Source of the DNA: Eledone cirrhosa
Lineage: Eukaryota
Assembly: GCA_964016885.1 (NCBI GenBank)
Contig: OZ024756.1
Span: forward strand, 27,590,001 to 27,654,000
Direction of reading: 5' to 3'
Length of the DNA: 64,000 nt
In this document: positions 27,058 through 40,890 of the stretch, piece by piece
How the letters are laid out: the number at the start of each line of letters is the position of its first letter
Position numbering within the stretch: position 1 is the stretch's first letter
Translations under genes and position numbers: made by a program
The notes under the pieces: generated by a model
Seen by the model: the letters and a program-made list of their open reading frames with translations, nothing else
Told to the model about the DNA's origin: nothing
Database searches by the model: none

Positions 27058-27779
27058 TCAATGTATCTCAGACATGACATTCATAATATAATTTTGGTAC
27101 TGTATATATATATATATATTCCGTCGGAAATCGTCGTTATTATTGTGATCAAGTAGAACTATGGCCAAACGGTGATATTCTAGCCACGACCATTTTATCC
27201 TCCTCTCGGGCATTGTGTATTCAGTGGTTCTCTTCTTTTACTAAGACGGTTGAGAATAATTTTAAAGGAGATTTAACTGGTATTTTCTTTCTTTCTTTTG
27301 TAAATGTGCAGCTACACGCACAAACTCTTCCTTCTCTGGATTGCCTGGTCCCACGACAGTCTTCTAATAAACATCAAAGACATTTTCTTTTTCAAACAGA
27401 ATTACATACAATACAAGCCATTAAATTAACCGAAATTGCGCAGATTTCGTATTCAAACATGTTTTAAATGACGACCATCCTACTATTATAATATCTTCCT
27501 TCTCTACTTATGACTAACTGCTTACAACTAGGATTATAAATACAATGCTACCATTTCTTTCTCAAACGATATAGTGTCTAATTTGATGATTTGAAAGAAA
27601 ATTTGGTTCCTATATCTAGCTTGTCGAACACTCACGTGGATACAATCACTTGTTTTGTTCTTAGCGGTGATGTTTGTTGCTAATTGTTGTTGTATAGCCC
27701 CCCCCCCCCCCCTTTACACCCATATATATATATACACAACCAGACCGCTAGTACAAAATTATATTCAACAGATCTACGA

Positions 27780-28023
27780 TTAACCTGTTAGTATTTACAT
27801 TACTCTATATTTATATTTACTATTCTATTTTAGTGGTAACGGTAAAGGCTTTACCTCACATAATTATCTCACATTATATCGAATCTATGAGATGATTTTG
27901 ATGTTATTTATTTTGAGAACAATACCTTAACATATGTATGACCGGCTAGTTACAGCCGGTTTAAAGAGAAAGAGGTGAGAGAATTCTGGCCGAATACGGC
28001 CGGTTTAAAGGCTAAAAGGTTAA
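27780..28023. mobile_element. piggyBac-like (TTAA-ended) MITE; relatives at about 14708-14936 and 55924-56470
   Basis: Termini ttaacc..ttag and ctaaa.ggttaa, with shared internal atcgaatctatgaga..ttttgatgttattt. Confidence 0.65.
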
Positions 28024-28258
28024 ATTCGTTCTAGCCAGAACCACCCCACTTTCTCAAACCTAGTGTGTATACAGATACACCGTTCTATGTATTGTTTTTA
28101 TTTTATTTTTAATTTTTTCGTTTACACATTTGATGGTAAATAATTATTGGAATTACCATTTTAGAAAAATAGACAAAAAAAGATGTATTCTTATTTCATC
28201 GTCATCTACCAAAAACCGAAATCGTCAACAAAGAACAGCAGCATTAAAATAAACACCA

Positions 28259-28260
28259 GC

Positions 28261-28301
<41 letters not shown>

Positions 28302-28351
28302 TGGTAGTAGTAGTGGTAGTAGTGGTAGTAGTTGTAATAATAGTAGTTGTG

Positions 28352-28389
<38 letters not shown>

Positions 28390-28501
28390 GATAGTGGTGG
28401 TAGTAGTAGTAGTAGTAGTGGTGGTAGTAGTAGTGATAGTGGTGGTAGTAGTAGTGGTAGTAGTGCTAGTGGTGGTAGTAGTTGTAATAATAGTAGTTGT
28501 G

Positions 28502-28533
<32 letters not shown>

Positions 28534-28789
28534 GGTAGTAGTAGTGATAGTGGTGGTAGTAGTAGTGTAAGTAGTGCTAGTGGTGGTAGTAGTTGTAGTG
28601 GTTGTAATAATAGTAGTGGTAGTAGTAGTAGTAATAGTAGTAGTGGTAGTAGTAGTAGTAGTAGTGGTAGTAGTTGTAATAATAGTAGTTGTGGTAGTAG
28701 TAGTAGTAGTAGTACTAGTAGTAGTGGTGGTGGTAGTAGTAGTGATAGGGGTGGTAGTAGTTGTAGTGGTTGTAATAATAGTAGTTGTG

Positions 28790-28830
<41 letters not shown>

Positions 28831-29062
28831 GATAGTGGTGGTAGTAGTAGTGTAAGTAGTGCTAGTGGTGGTAGTAGTTGTAGTGGTTGTAATAATAGTA
28901 GTGGTAGTAGTAGTAGTAGTGGTAGTAGTAGTAGTAGTGGTAGTAGTTGTAATAATAGTAGTTGTGGTAGTAGTAGTAGTAGTAGTACTAGTAGTAGTGG
29001 TGGTGGTAGTAGTAGTGATAGGGGTGGTAGTAGTTGTAGTGGTTGTAATAATAGTAGTTGTG

Positions 29063-29103
<41 letters not shown>

Positions 29104-29239
29104 GATAGTGGTGGTAGTAGTAGTGTAAGTAGTGCTAGTGGTGGTAGTAGTTGTAGTGGTTGTAATAATAGTAGTGGTAGTAGTAGTAGTAGTAGTAGTG
29201 GTAGTAGTAGTAGTAGTAGTTGTAATAATAGTAGTTGTG

Positions 29240-29286
<47 letters not shown>

Positions 29287-29359
29287 GATAGTGGTGGTAG
29301 TAGTAGTGTAAGTAGTGCTAGTGGTGGTAGTAGTTGTAGTGGTTGTAATAATAGTAGTG

Positions 29360-29394
<35 letters not shown>

Positions 29395-29413
29395 TGTAAT
29401 AATAGTAGTTGTG

Positions 29414-29457
<44 letters not shown>

Positions 29458-29622
29458 AGTAGTAGTGCTAGTGGTGGTAGTAGTTGTAGTGGTAGTAGTG
29501 GTTGTAATAATAGTAGTGGTAGTAGTAGTAGTAGTAGTAGTAGTAGTAATAGTAGTTGTAGCAGTAGTAGTAATGGTAGTAGTAGTAGTAGTAATAGTAG
29601 TTGTAGCAGTAGTAGTAATGGT
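28259..29622. repeat. Cryptic (AGT/GGT)n array with higher-order repeats
   Basis: Recurrent markers gtaagtagtgctagt, tgtaataat and gatagggg. Confidence 0.95.
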
Positions 29623-30037
29623 TGTTCTTGTTGCTGTTTAGCTCCAGGATAGCCTTGATGAAATAGACTGAATGAAAGACATTCCAGCTGTGACTATCCC
29701 AACTTTTTATTCAGAGGCTTCCAACATTATCCAAGGAATCCTTCCTTATTTAAGACTATGGGATGTAATTTTAGTTAATTTGTTACCATTCAGTATCGGT
29801 AGAGGGTTGGACGCCATGCTTTCCAGCATAGTTACGTCCCTTTACGATCTGAGTTCAAATCCCGCCGAGGTTGACTTTGCCTTTCATCCTTACGGGGTCG
29901 ATAAAATAAAGTACCAGTAATGCACTGGGTAATTGCTGGCCTTGTGCCTAAAGTAGAAACAATTATTGTAAACAACCACTGTCCTTGTTTTTGTATTTTG
30001 TTCCCTACATTTCGGCTGTGTGGCCAATAAATGAAAC

Positions 30038-30213
30038 TACCGTATTTCCCGGAGCTGGAGACACTTCGTCCTCGAGGACGCACCCTAATTTTGACAACCA
30101 AAAATTTGAAAAAAAAAAATGAATAAACCACCTTCGGCCTCCAGGACGCATGGTAGATTTTTGAGACTTATTTTAGGAAAAAAGTAGCGTCTTCGACGCC
30201 GAGAAATATGGTA
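30038..30213. mobile_element. Tc1/pogo-type MITE
   Basis: TA-flanked TIRs taccgtatttc and gaaatatggta, with subterminal ggacgca repeats. Confidence 0.7.
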
Positions 30214-30287
30214 TTTATTTTTTTACTGCTATTTCTAGCAGCTTGTGTGCAAATACATAAAGGAGTCCGTTGTTGGCGCTTAGTACT

Positions 30288-30338
<51 letters not shown>

Positions 30339-30556
30339 ACAGCAACAGCAACAGCAGTAGTAGTAGTAGTAGTAATATCAGCAGTAGTAGTAGTAGTAAC
30401 AACAGCAAGAACATCCGCACTTAGTGAGTGATTCAATGATTCTGTCTCGCTAGCTGCCCCTTCCCCACTCTGTCTCTCCATTACACTTTTTCCACATTTT
30501 TCGTCTTTGTTGGTTCTCTCTCTGTTTCTCTCTATCTCTATTTCCGTATCTCTCTC

Positions 30557-30611
<55 letters not shown>

Positions 30612-30692
30612 GCCTCTATCTCTGTCCCCCTCTCTGTCTGTCTCTATCTATCTCCATCTCTCTCTCTCTCTCCCTGCTTCTATCTCTGTCCA

Positions 30693-30756
<64 letters not shown>

Positions 30757-30897
30757 CTCTCTTTGTCTCTCTCTATCTCCGCCCCCATATATATATATAG
30801 TGCAAATTTAGACTGGGACAACACAGAGGCAGACAAATAAAGGTTTATTAGGTTCACGCTCTTGAGAGTGTGTGTGTGTGTGTGGGGGGGGGGGGGG

Positions 30898-30925
30898 CGT
30901 TTCGGGCATAAGCCCTTCTTCAGGA
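30898..30925 (-). ncRNA. Hammerhead core disrupted by a poly-C/(CA)n tract at the end of a probable PLE 3'UTR
   Basis: CUGAAGA-A GGGC uuau GCCC-GAAACG, then simple repeat. Confidence 0.5.
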
Positions 30926-31799
30926 TAAGAGAGTTCCGAGGGTCTGTGGAAATGTATTTAGAAAAAAGGGGGAAGGAGAACAAATAAAAATAAAAATAAA
31001 CGTAACAATAAGATGAGCAAGTGGTGGAAGGGTGTGAGGCGTGTAAGGGTGGCGGCGGGTGGAGTTGGGCGAGGGAGGCGGGGGGGGGGGGAAGGCTGAA
31101 GGTGGTGTTTGTGTATGTGTGTAGGTGTACGTGAGTGTGTGTGTGTGTATGTGAGAAGAAGGACGAGGTTCCATGTTCTGGATTCCGGAGGTTGAGAGTG
31201 TATATAAGTGGGGTGGGTGGAGGGTACGCACGTGTGTGTTTGGTTTGTGTTTATATGTGGTGTGGATGTGGGTGGCGTGGTGGTGCGAAAAAAAATGTGA
31301 GTGTATGTTCGTGGGTAAGTTCCTGAGGTAGTTCCATCGAGTGTGAGAAGGGATGCTGGATATTTTCCATGATATGGAGTGGATGGCTGGAAAAGTGTCC
31401 GGTGGTGTGGAATCCAATGTTGGTGGTGGTCGGAAGTGTATATATATATATATATATATACACTGTGTATATATATATACATTGTGTATGTATTTTTTCT
31501 CGCAAGCCAGTTCTTTCAGACCCCGCGGCTGAATTACCGTCGCTATCTTCAATTTGCAAAGCCCTTTAAACGTAATATTATTACTCTAGGTGGATTGACA
31601 GTATCAGTAGAAGGTCGGACGCCATGATTTGCAGCGTAGAGTTACGGCCCTTTACGGTCTGAGTTCAAATCCCACCGAGGTTAACTTTGCCTTTCATCCC
31701 TACGGAGTCGATAAAATAAAGTACCAGTAATGCACTGGAGTCGATTTAATCGACGTTCCCTCCTCCAATATTGCTGGCCTTGTGCCTTTATAAAAAAAC

Positions 31800-31835
<36 letters not shown>

Positions 31836-32075
31836 GGCGGTGGATTGGCAGTATCGGTACAGGGTCGGACGCCATGCTTTCCAGCATAGTTACGTCCCTT
31901 TACGATCTGAGTTCAAATCCCGCCGAGGTTGACTTTGCCTTTCATCCTTACGGGGGTCGATAAAATAAAGTACCAGTAATGCACTGGGTAATTGCTGGCC
32001 TTGTGCCCAAAGTAGAAACAATTATTACTCTAATGTGGATTAGCAGTATCGGTAGAGGGTCGGACGCCATGCTAT

Positions 32076-33102
32076 AAGTAGCAGCAAGTGTCCATAGAAT
32101 ACTAGCTCATTCCATTTCCCAGATGGTTCTATAGAAATAGTGGACACCTTCCGTTACCTGGGTGACAAAATCAGCAGAGGTGGAGGGTACTCTGAAAGTA
32201 CTGTAGTCAGAACGGGATGGAAAAAGTTCAGAGAGCTTATACCACTATTGGCCGCTAAAGGTTTCTCCCTAAAAATGAAAGGCAGACTGTATGATGCCTG
32301 CATACGAACAGTAATGTTACATGGCAGTGAGACCTGGGCATTGTGTGCAGAGGATCTGCGCAGACTGGAGAGCAACGAAGCTTGCATGCTCCGTTGGATG
32401 TGTAATAGTAATATACGTGAACGGCAAAGCATAAATGAACTAAGTGAGAAATTAGGAATAAGAGGGATCAGATGCTCTTTACTCGAGAGAAGACTACGTT
32501 GGTATGGTCACGTGATGCGCATGAAAGACGACAGCTGTATAAAAAAGTGCAGAGCGATCAAAATAGATGGAAGCTACGGAGTAGGTAGACCCAGAAAAAC
32601 CTGGGACGATTTGATAAATTCCGACCTTACACACTTACACCTCTCCAAGACAATATCACTGGACCGAGATCTTTGGCGCTACGCAGTAATACAGAAGACC
32701 CGCCTTGCCTAAGTACAAAGCGAAACCTAGTCAGTAGGCACCTCCTAACCAAAAATACACCCCCATCACTACCCCCACCCCCACCACCATATACACCACC
32801 CCTTTCTCTGTAAAGTTATGTTGGTGCCACCACATCCAGTCCTAAATAAATGAGGTCGTGTAGTTGTCACGACAAAAAAACACAGTCCACGCTGTAATGT
32901 GGCCGTGTAGGTAACACGGTAAAAACCTCCCAGTCCACACTGTAAACGTGGTTGGTGTTAGGAAGGGCATCCAGCCGTAGAAAACCCGCCAGACAGTCCT
33001 ATACGAGCTAGACAACCAATCTTGCCTCAAGTGGGACAAATCCCGTCTAAACCCATGCTAACGTGGAAGATAGACGTTAAATGATGATGATGATGATGAT
33101 GA
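32076..33102 (+). mobile_element. RTE LINE 3' portion, same family as 3161-4635
   Basis: 190-aa ORF 32140-32712 nearly colinear with the first copy, followed by the same 3'UTR and a (GAT)n tail. Confidence 0.92.
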
Positions 33103-33314
33103 CACTGGCTTTCTGGAGAATAGAGGAAAGGTGTTTCCTCAAAAACCAGTATGACTCTAAAAACCGGTTTGTCTGTGTGTTTACATACAGAATAGCTGGC
33201 CACTCACAGTAAAGTGACCAGTGAAAAAACTTGGTACATCTACATATGTATACGTGTGTGTATTCATATACATACTAGTATTTCAGTATACATATATGGA
33301 TGTACATCTTTAAC

Positions 33315-33366
<52 letters not shown>

Positions 33367-33384
33367 TATATATATATATCTGTA

Positions 33385-34015
33385 TATATATATAAAATTT
33401 AGTATGTGTGTGGGTCTGTGTGTCTGTGTATTACCTATAGGGGCCTACATCTTACGACCGATTTTCATGAAACTTCACAGCCTCATAGATTAGTCATCGG
33501 GGAGTGTTTTCTATATATCAGCGTATCGTTTTGTTTATTCCGGGGTCATTCTGCAGATAAAAATCGATATGGAGGGGGGCACCTTTTTTTAGGTATCGAA
33601 AAATAAGATTTTTGGCTCTAGCTCCCACATTTTGCCACCGATTTCGTTCAAATTTTAAAGCAAAATAGAATTTATCATTGCACATCCTGCACATTTTGGA
33701 TTTTTTGTTCAGGAATGGCGTGGCAGCCGCATAAATATTCGAAAATACCACCTTTTCGCTCAAATTTCCGCCTTTTCGGCTCTAGCTCCCACATTTTTCA
33801 ACCGATTTCGTTCAAATTCGAAACTTCGGCTCCATCTCACACATAAATTAATTTATTTGGTTCAACTTTTATACTACGATAGAACCTATCATTGCACATC
33901 TTATAGTAGCTTTACACTTTGCATTTTTTGTTCAGGGACGGCGTGGCAGCCGTTTAACTCTTCAAAATACGATTTTTTTCCACCTCCCACATATTCCATA
34001 CGATTTCACTCAACA
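33385..34015 (+). mobile_element. Possible Helentron/HINE-like non-autonomous element
   Basis: tatataaaat start, short (GTCT/GT) microsatellite, ccgattttcatgaaact motif and internal ggctctagctcccacatttt duplications. Confidence 0.4.
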
Positions 34016-34150
34016 TTTCGCTTGAAACTAGTACATCGTTCCTGTCTCAGTGTTGAACAAAAAGGCAACGATGGTCGCCGAACACTGTACGGCGTATATA
34101 TATGATAAATGTTCGGTAAACCCATACGTACATATATATATATGTGCATG

Positions 34151-34225
<75 letters not shown>

Positions 34226-34255
34226 ATATATACATATACATATATATATATATAC

Positions 34256-34335
<80 letters not shown>

Positions 34336-35980
34336 AATACAATAACAGAGAAAGCTTTAAGCTAAACTCTGACTGGCAACCATCTCACTCAACAAACATT
34401 AGGATATACGTTAGTATAATCCCAATTTTGTGTTTGGGGTGCTAACTATATGTATTTTGTGGAAAGCCAGTTGTATTATTTTATATGAGATATAATTAAA
34501 ATTAAAATATATCTCTCTTTCCAAACAATTGTTTCATTATAAGTTTTCTACAAGTTGGGAGAATGTTTCCGGTTTATGTAGAAGCCTACATATTTTTCTG
34601 TAAGAACACATGCAGGTGGGCACTTATAAATCATCAGTGGATGCCCATCAAACTTTGATATAAGAAAAACATTTTTACCGCAGTTATTTTTCGTGTCAGC
34701 TAAGTCGTCCCTTCACGCATCATAATGACCGTCAAATTTGAAATTCCAGCAGTCTTTAGACTGAGGAATTTCACAGCGTCACGAAGCGGAACAGGGAGGC
34801 AATCGCGAATCACAAGAAAGTAAAATAAAATAATATATATATATATATATATATAAGAATTGAAATACTAGAGTGTGTTGGAGTTAAACACCCTCTTCGT
34901 ATTATAGAAATGACAGTAACGGTATAGCTCAATGTAATTAAACAGAGCCGAAGAATTATGAAAATAAATCAAAGAAGCCTTCAATACATCAAAAGTCTTT
35001 ATTAGCCAACAATGTTTCGTCCTATTAAGGACTCATCAGGGCAATTAAAGCTATAAGAAGCACTATCAGCCAATACAAGCCGAAAACTCAGAAGAATATG
35101 GAGTGTACATAGATTAAAACATAGGAAAATAATTGGGTAAAAATCATCAAGTAAAAAATTATCAAGTGCTAATTGCTAAAGAAGTAAGTAACATTTTGAA
35201 CCATATTACAAATATAGTCCAATGCAAAAACTAGAGCTAAACCAGAGGTGGTGATATAGAGCGGGAATTATTGTACTATACATAATATAATATAATATAA
35301 TATAATATAATATAATATAATTAATAATGATAATAATAATAATGTTAAAAGGCCCAATATACATATATATATATATATACATATGTACACACATATACAT
35401 ATATATCAATACACATTTCCATCAGTAGAAGCACAAACTAACCCTTATCAAGAGTTTAAATATAAATAATAAAAATAAAAATAAAAATAAAAATAAAAAT
35501 AAAAATAAAAATAAAAATAAAAATAAAAATACAAATGAAAAATACAAATGAAAATAAAATTAAAATATAATGCATATAATATTTACAGTATAAAATGAAG
35601 AATAAATGATTAAAAGTAAGCATAAAATATATAATAAACTATATAATTATATAATAATATAATAGATAATCTCCGGTTAATTTGCACAAACAATATAAAT
35701 GTTACAATAACAACTAAAATCACAATATTATAATATAATGGCATATAACTTAACAAATCATACAGATTTACAGTCAGGGTGAGAAAAAATATTGTACAGA
35801 ACTAAATTATATTGGAAAAATTATGTTGGAAATATATCAAAACCATTGCAAGAAAATAGATCAAATTTCTATACATTTGGTGTAAATAAATAAATATTAT
35901 CCAAACATTACATGAATTATAAAAATGTCAACATATTACAGGATTTACAGAATTTAACATAACATGATGGTACATATAAT

Positions 35981-36305
35981 AATTGGTAAATAATAATTGT
36001 TTCTACGTTAGGCACAAGGCCAGCAATTACCCAGTGCATTACTGGTACTTTATTTTATCGACCCCGTAAGGATGAAAGGCAAATTGGTAAATAATAATTG
36101 TTTCTACTTTAGGCACAAGGCCAGCAATTACCCAGTGTATTACTGGCACTTTATTTTATCGACCCCGTAAGGATGAAAGGCAAATTGGTAAATAATAATT
36201 GTTTCTACTTTAAGCACAAGGCCAGCAATTACCCAGTGCATTACTGGTACTTTATTTTATCGACCCCGTAAGGATGAAAGGCAAAGTCAACCTCGGCGGG
36301 ATTTA
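35981..36305 (-). repeat. Three tandem 101-bp units containing the SINE 3' half
   Basis: aattggtaaataataattgtttctac starts at 35981, 36082 and 36183. Confidence 0.9.
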
Positions 36306-36576
36306 TGTTTACAAAGAGTGGAATGATATAAAATTTCAATATAAAATATTGAACATAGTATAATATACATAATTACATGGTTGGTGGAGAGCCGTTTGTG
36401 AATAAGAGAATGAGAGCCAGACAGACAGACTACGCACGGTAGTATATATAAATAAATACAATCAGCCGGAAATTAAAAAACAAAAACAAAAGTATTTACT
36501 TAGGTGTCACATGCAGTTAAGTAAAAGATTTAGGAAACAAACCCGGATAAATGACTAGAAAACCCTATTAAATTAA

Positions 36577-36656
<80 letters not shown>

Positions 36657-36785
36657 TAACAGATTAAAGTTTAAGCAAAGAATCGCTGCTTTCACCCTTA
36701 ACAGGACCTTCTGAAACTAAAAAAAATCAATCTGTGAACGCAGATGTAAATATTTCGAAAAACGTTACACACACACACACACACA

Positions 36786-36858
<73 letters not shown>

Positions 36859-36967
36859 AAAGTTTTATATAAAATTGTTGGGTTACAACAAGTAAATATT
36901 TTATAACTGATATAAAGCACTCGACAAGTTTTGGAGTTTACGATACTAAACAAATGGAAACTATATT

Positions 36968-37322
36968 TATACGATATTAAACAAATGGAAACTATATTTA
37001 TAAAACCATATTTATTTCATTATACATATTTCGGGGATACCATATTAAAAATATGGCATGCCTTCAGATAAAATACAATATATATAGACAGTTTTATAAA
37101 TAATTTTGACGTACCATAAATATTGACCAACCGTTATGTAAAAACCAGCTTTTTACATAACGGTTGGTCAATATTTATGGTACGTCAAAATTATTTATAA
37201 AACCGTCTATATATTGTATTTTATCTGAAGAAGGCATGCCATATTTTTAATATGGTATCCCCGAAATATGTATAATGAAATAAATAGGGTTTTATAAATA
37301 TAGTTTCCATTTGTTTAATATC

Positions 37323-37326
<4 letters not shown>
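36968..37326. repeat. Inverted repeat of about 360 bp built from the PLE 3' terminus
   Basis: Arms meet at loop ccagc (37145-37149); the arm sequence matches 19370-19495. Confidence 0.92.
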
Positions 37327-37369
<43 letters not shown>

Positions 37370-37761
37370 TATATATAATTGGATATTTAGTAAAATCAAA
37401 TCTCTGGCGGTTTGCAAGCAAATTCGGCCTACTTATGAGGTGATGAGTTAGCAAAGCACTCGATAAGTTCGGTCCTTAGAGTAATAACTTGACAAATCTA
37501 ACATTGTGGTAGGCAAAATCTAACCCACAATAACATACCAAAGTAACGATAGAACTAACAGGTTGAGAAAAATACACCTGGACAAATCAAACGATTATAC
37601 GTTTAAAGTGTTTCTATGAATCCGAAATCAAATATCAGACTTACGTGACTGGCAAGCTCCAGGTATTTTTGGTTGAACTATACTCACATTATATATACAT
37701 ATATCCACTATATATACATATATCCACTATATATACATATATCCACTATATATACATATAT

Positions 37762-37882
<121 letters not shown>

Positions 37883-38039
37883 ACGTCATAATGTCGTAAT
37901 GCAGACAACCAGACATACAGACAGATATTATAAGGGCGCAACGTTATCTCTATACATTACTCCGGAGTAACCAAACCAACCTGCGTACTTCGTGTTCCAA
38001 CCTGCATACTGGAATGTCGGTAAACAACCAACACATACT

Positions 38040-38097
<58 letters not shown>

Positions 38098-38326
38098 ATA
38101 ATAATAAATATGAAGACTAAAATCCTCTTCGGATTTTAGTCTTCATATTTATTAAAAAGCAAAGAATCGGTGCTTTCACCCTTAACGGGATTTAAGATCC
38201 CGTTAAGGGTGAAAGCACTGATTCTTTGCTTAAACTTTAATCTGTTCTTATAATATATATATATATAACAATATCGGTTTCAACACACGTATTCAGATAA
38301 AGAATCTTGCTAAACAAATTCAGAAA

Positions 38327-38364
<38 letters not shown>

Positions 38365-38373
<9 letters not shown>

Positions 38374-38757
38374 TAAACAAATAATGAATAAAACAATGAA
38401 ACAGTTCCTTATATTAAACAAAAAAAGTTCATTATTTAACGATCGTTTCTAGGATATATATGTGTTAGAATTGGCATGCATATTCAACAGATCTATGTAC
38501 AAAATTATACAAAATTATACAAACTATCAAGATTAAATATACATACCAACACATATATACGCTGTCTTCAGAGATAATTTTGTATAATTTTGTATAATTT
38601 TGTATAATTTTGTATAATTTTGTACATAGATCTGTTGAATATGCATGCCAATTCTAACACATATATATCCTAGAAACGATCGTTAAATAATGAACTTTTT
38701 TTGTTTAATATAAGGAACTGTTTCATTGTTTTATTCATTATTTGTTTAATATTTTAT
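38365..38757. repeat. Inverted repeat with arms of about 160 bp
   Basis: 38365-38523 is the reverse complement of 38599-38757. A 10-bp ttttgtataa unit is expanded in the spacer. Confidence 0.92.
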
Positions 38758-38888
38758 CTTGACTCTGTATACCGTTTATCTTTCACCGAAAGTGATTTTT
38801 CATTACATCTCTTCTTTCCATGATATCCGGAATACATTGAGTTCTTCATACGGATTGGACACTACCGTAAACTCTTGGTAGATTTATC

Positions 38889-38933
<45 letters not shown>

Positions 38934-39575
38934 CAGGAAAGAAGAGTGACACGGTTTGCTATACAAAAAAGGCTTTTAATCTCATTGCTGACAAGTATTT
39001 CTCTGAATCGGAGTACCATAACTGGACTACACTTAAGTGGACTACCTATAACAATAATCTGTTACCCCGTATTACCCCAATTATATGAAAGACGTAAAAT
39101 AAGAAAATTTAAAAAATTAAAAATCAACTTACTTACTAAAATTAAGTAAGTTGATTTTTAATTTTCTTATTTTAGGTCTTTCATATAATTGTTCTGCATT
39201 CCCCTGCATAGAACCACAAAGGTACTAAGACATAACATATATATTTGCTAGCATGGGTGTACATCTGTACACATATGTTGGTAGATGTACTAATTCTCTA
39301 TATTTAACTCCAAATTATTTGTTGAGCAAAACTTGCCAAAATTTACTGCTGATTCATGGTAGTAGTAGGCTCTTGTCATAATACCACCCCACTCCTAACT
39401 GATTAACCTCAGAGTCACGTGATTGATTCTTTAGAATCTGCCACTGACCAGAGGCAGTGAATTTTTTCAGTGCTCTGGAATTTAGTCCTCGCTAGCTTTA
39501 TTCCATCCACTGAATTATTATTTTTATATGGGTTCCTAGTGTCCGCGCATCGCCTGGGAACTTAGCTGAGAATAG

Positions 39576-39657
39576 ACTCCCTGATGACGTAAGGAATTCT
39601 CTATAGTTATATTACGTAACGATATTTATCCCTTTACAGAAACTAATTAGTTGGAGT
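39576..39657 (+). ncRNA. Type I hammerhead ribozyme with extended stem II
   Basis: ACUCC-CUGAUGA-C GUAAGG..CCUUUAC A-GAAA-CUAAUUAG-UU-GGAGU. Confidence 0.8.
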
Positions 39658-39841
39658 GAAAATTTTAGTAAGTAAGTTGATTTTTAATTTTTAAAATTTT
39701 CTTATTTTACGTCTTTCATATAATTGTTCTGCATCCCCCTGCATAGAACCACAAAGGTACTAAGACATAACATATATATTTGCTAGCATGGGTGTACATC
39801 TGTACACATATGTTGGTAGATGTACTAATTCTCTCTATATA

Positions 39842-39898
<57 letters not shown>

Positions 39899-40011
39899 AT
39901 ATATATTGTTATATTTGAAGATAGTCAAGATGTCAACACGCGCACCATATAATTTCAACTTTATCTTTATTGTTCGAGAAAATGTTCACACACACAGATA
40001 CATATATATAT

Positions 40012-40132
40012 CTTCTTCTTCTTCTTCTTTTTCTTTTTCTTCTTCTTCTTCTTCTTCTTCTTCTTCTTCTTCTTCTTCTTCTTCTTCTTCTTCTTCTTCT
40101 TCTTCTTCTTCTTCTTCTTCTACGGCTGCAGT

Positions 40133-40182
<50 letters not shown>

Positions 40183-40193
40183 ACATCACCACC

Positions 40194-40236
<43 letters not shown>

Positions 40237-40317
40237 ACATCACCACCACCACTACTACTACTACTAACATCACCACCACCACCACTACTACTACTACTAC
40301 TAACATCACCACCACTA

Positions 40318-40399
<82 letters not shown>

Positions 40400-40890
40400 T
40401 ACTACCAACACTACTACTACTACCACCAACACTACTACCACTACCACCACCACCACCACTACTACCACCGACACTACTACCACTACCACCACCACTACTA
40501 CTACCACCACCACCACTACTACCACCACCACAACTACTACAACCACCAAAACCACTACCATCACCACCACCACCACTTCTACAACTACCACCACCACCAC
40601 CACCACCACCACCACTACCACCACCACCACCACCACCACCACTACCACCACTACCACCACCACTACTACCACTACCACCACCACCACCACCACTACTACT
40701 ACCGCCACCACCACCACCACTACTACTACCACCACCATCACCACTACTACTACCACCACAACCACCACTACTACTACCACCACAACAACCACTACTACCA
40801 CCACAACCATCACCACTACTACCACCACCACTACTACCACCACCACTACTACCACCACCACTACTACCACCACCACTACTACCACCAGCC
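40012..40890. repeat. (TTC)n followed by (ACT/ACC)n simple repeats
   Basis: Seen directly. Confidence 0.95.

Noticed and set aside
36650-36765. Possible HHR on the minus strand (GAAAGCAGC)
   Set aside because: No acceptable CUGANGA core or stem I could be built.
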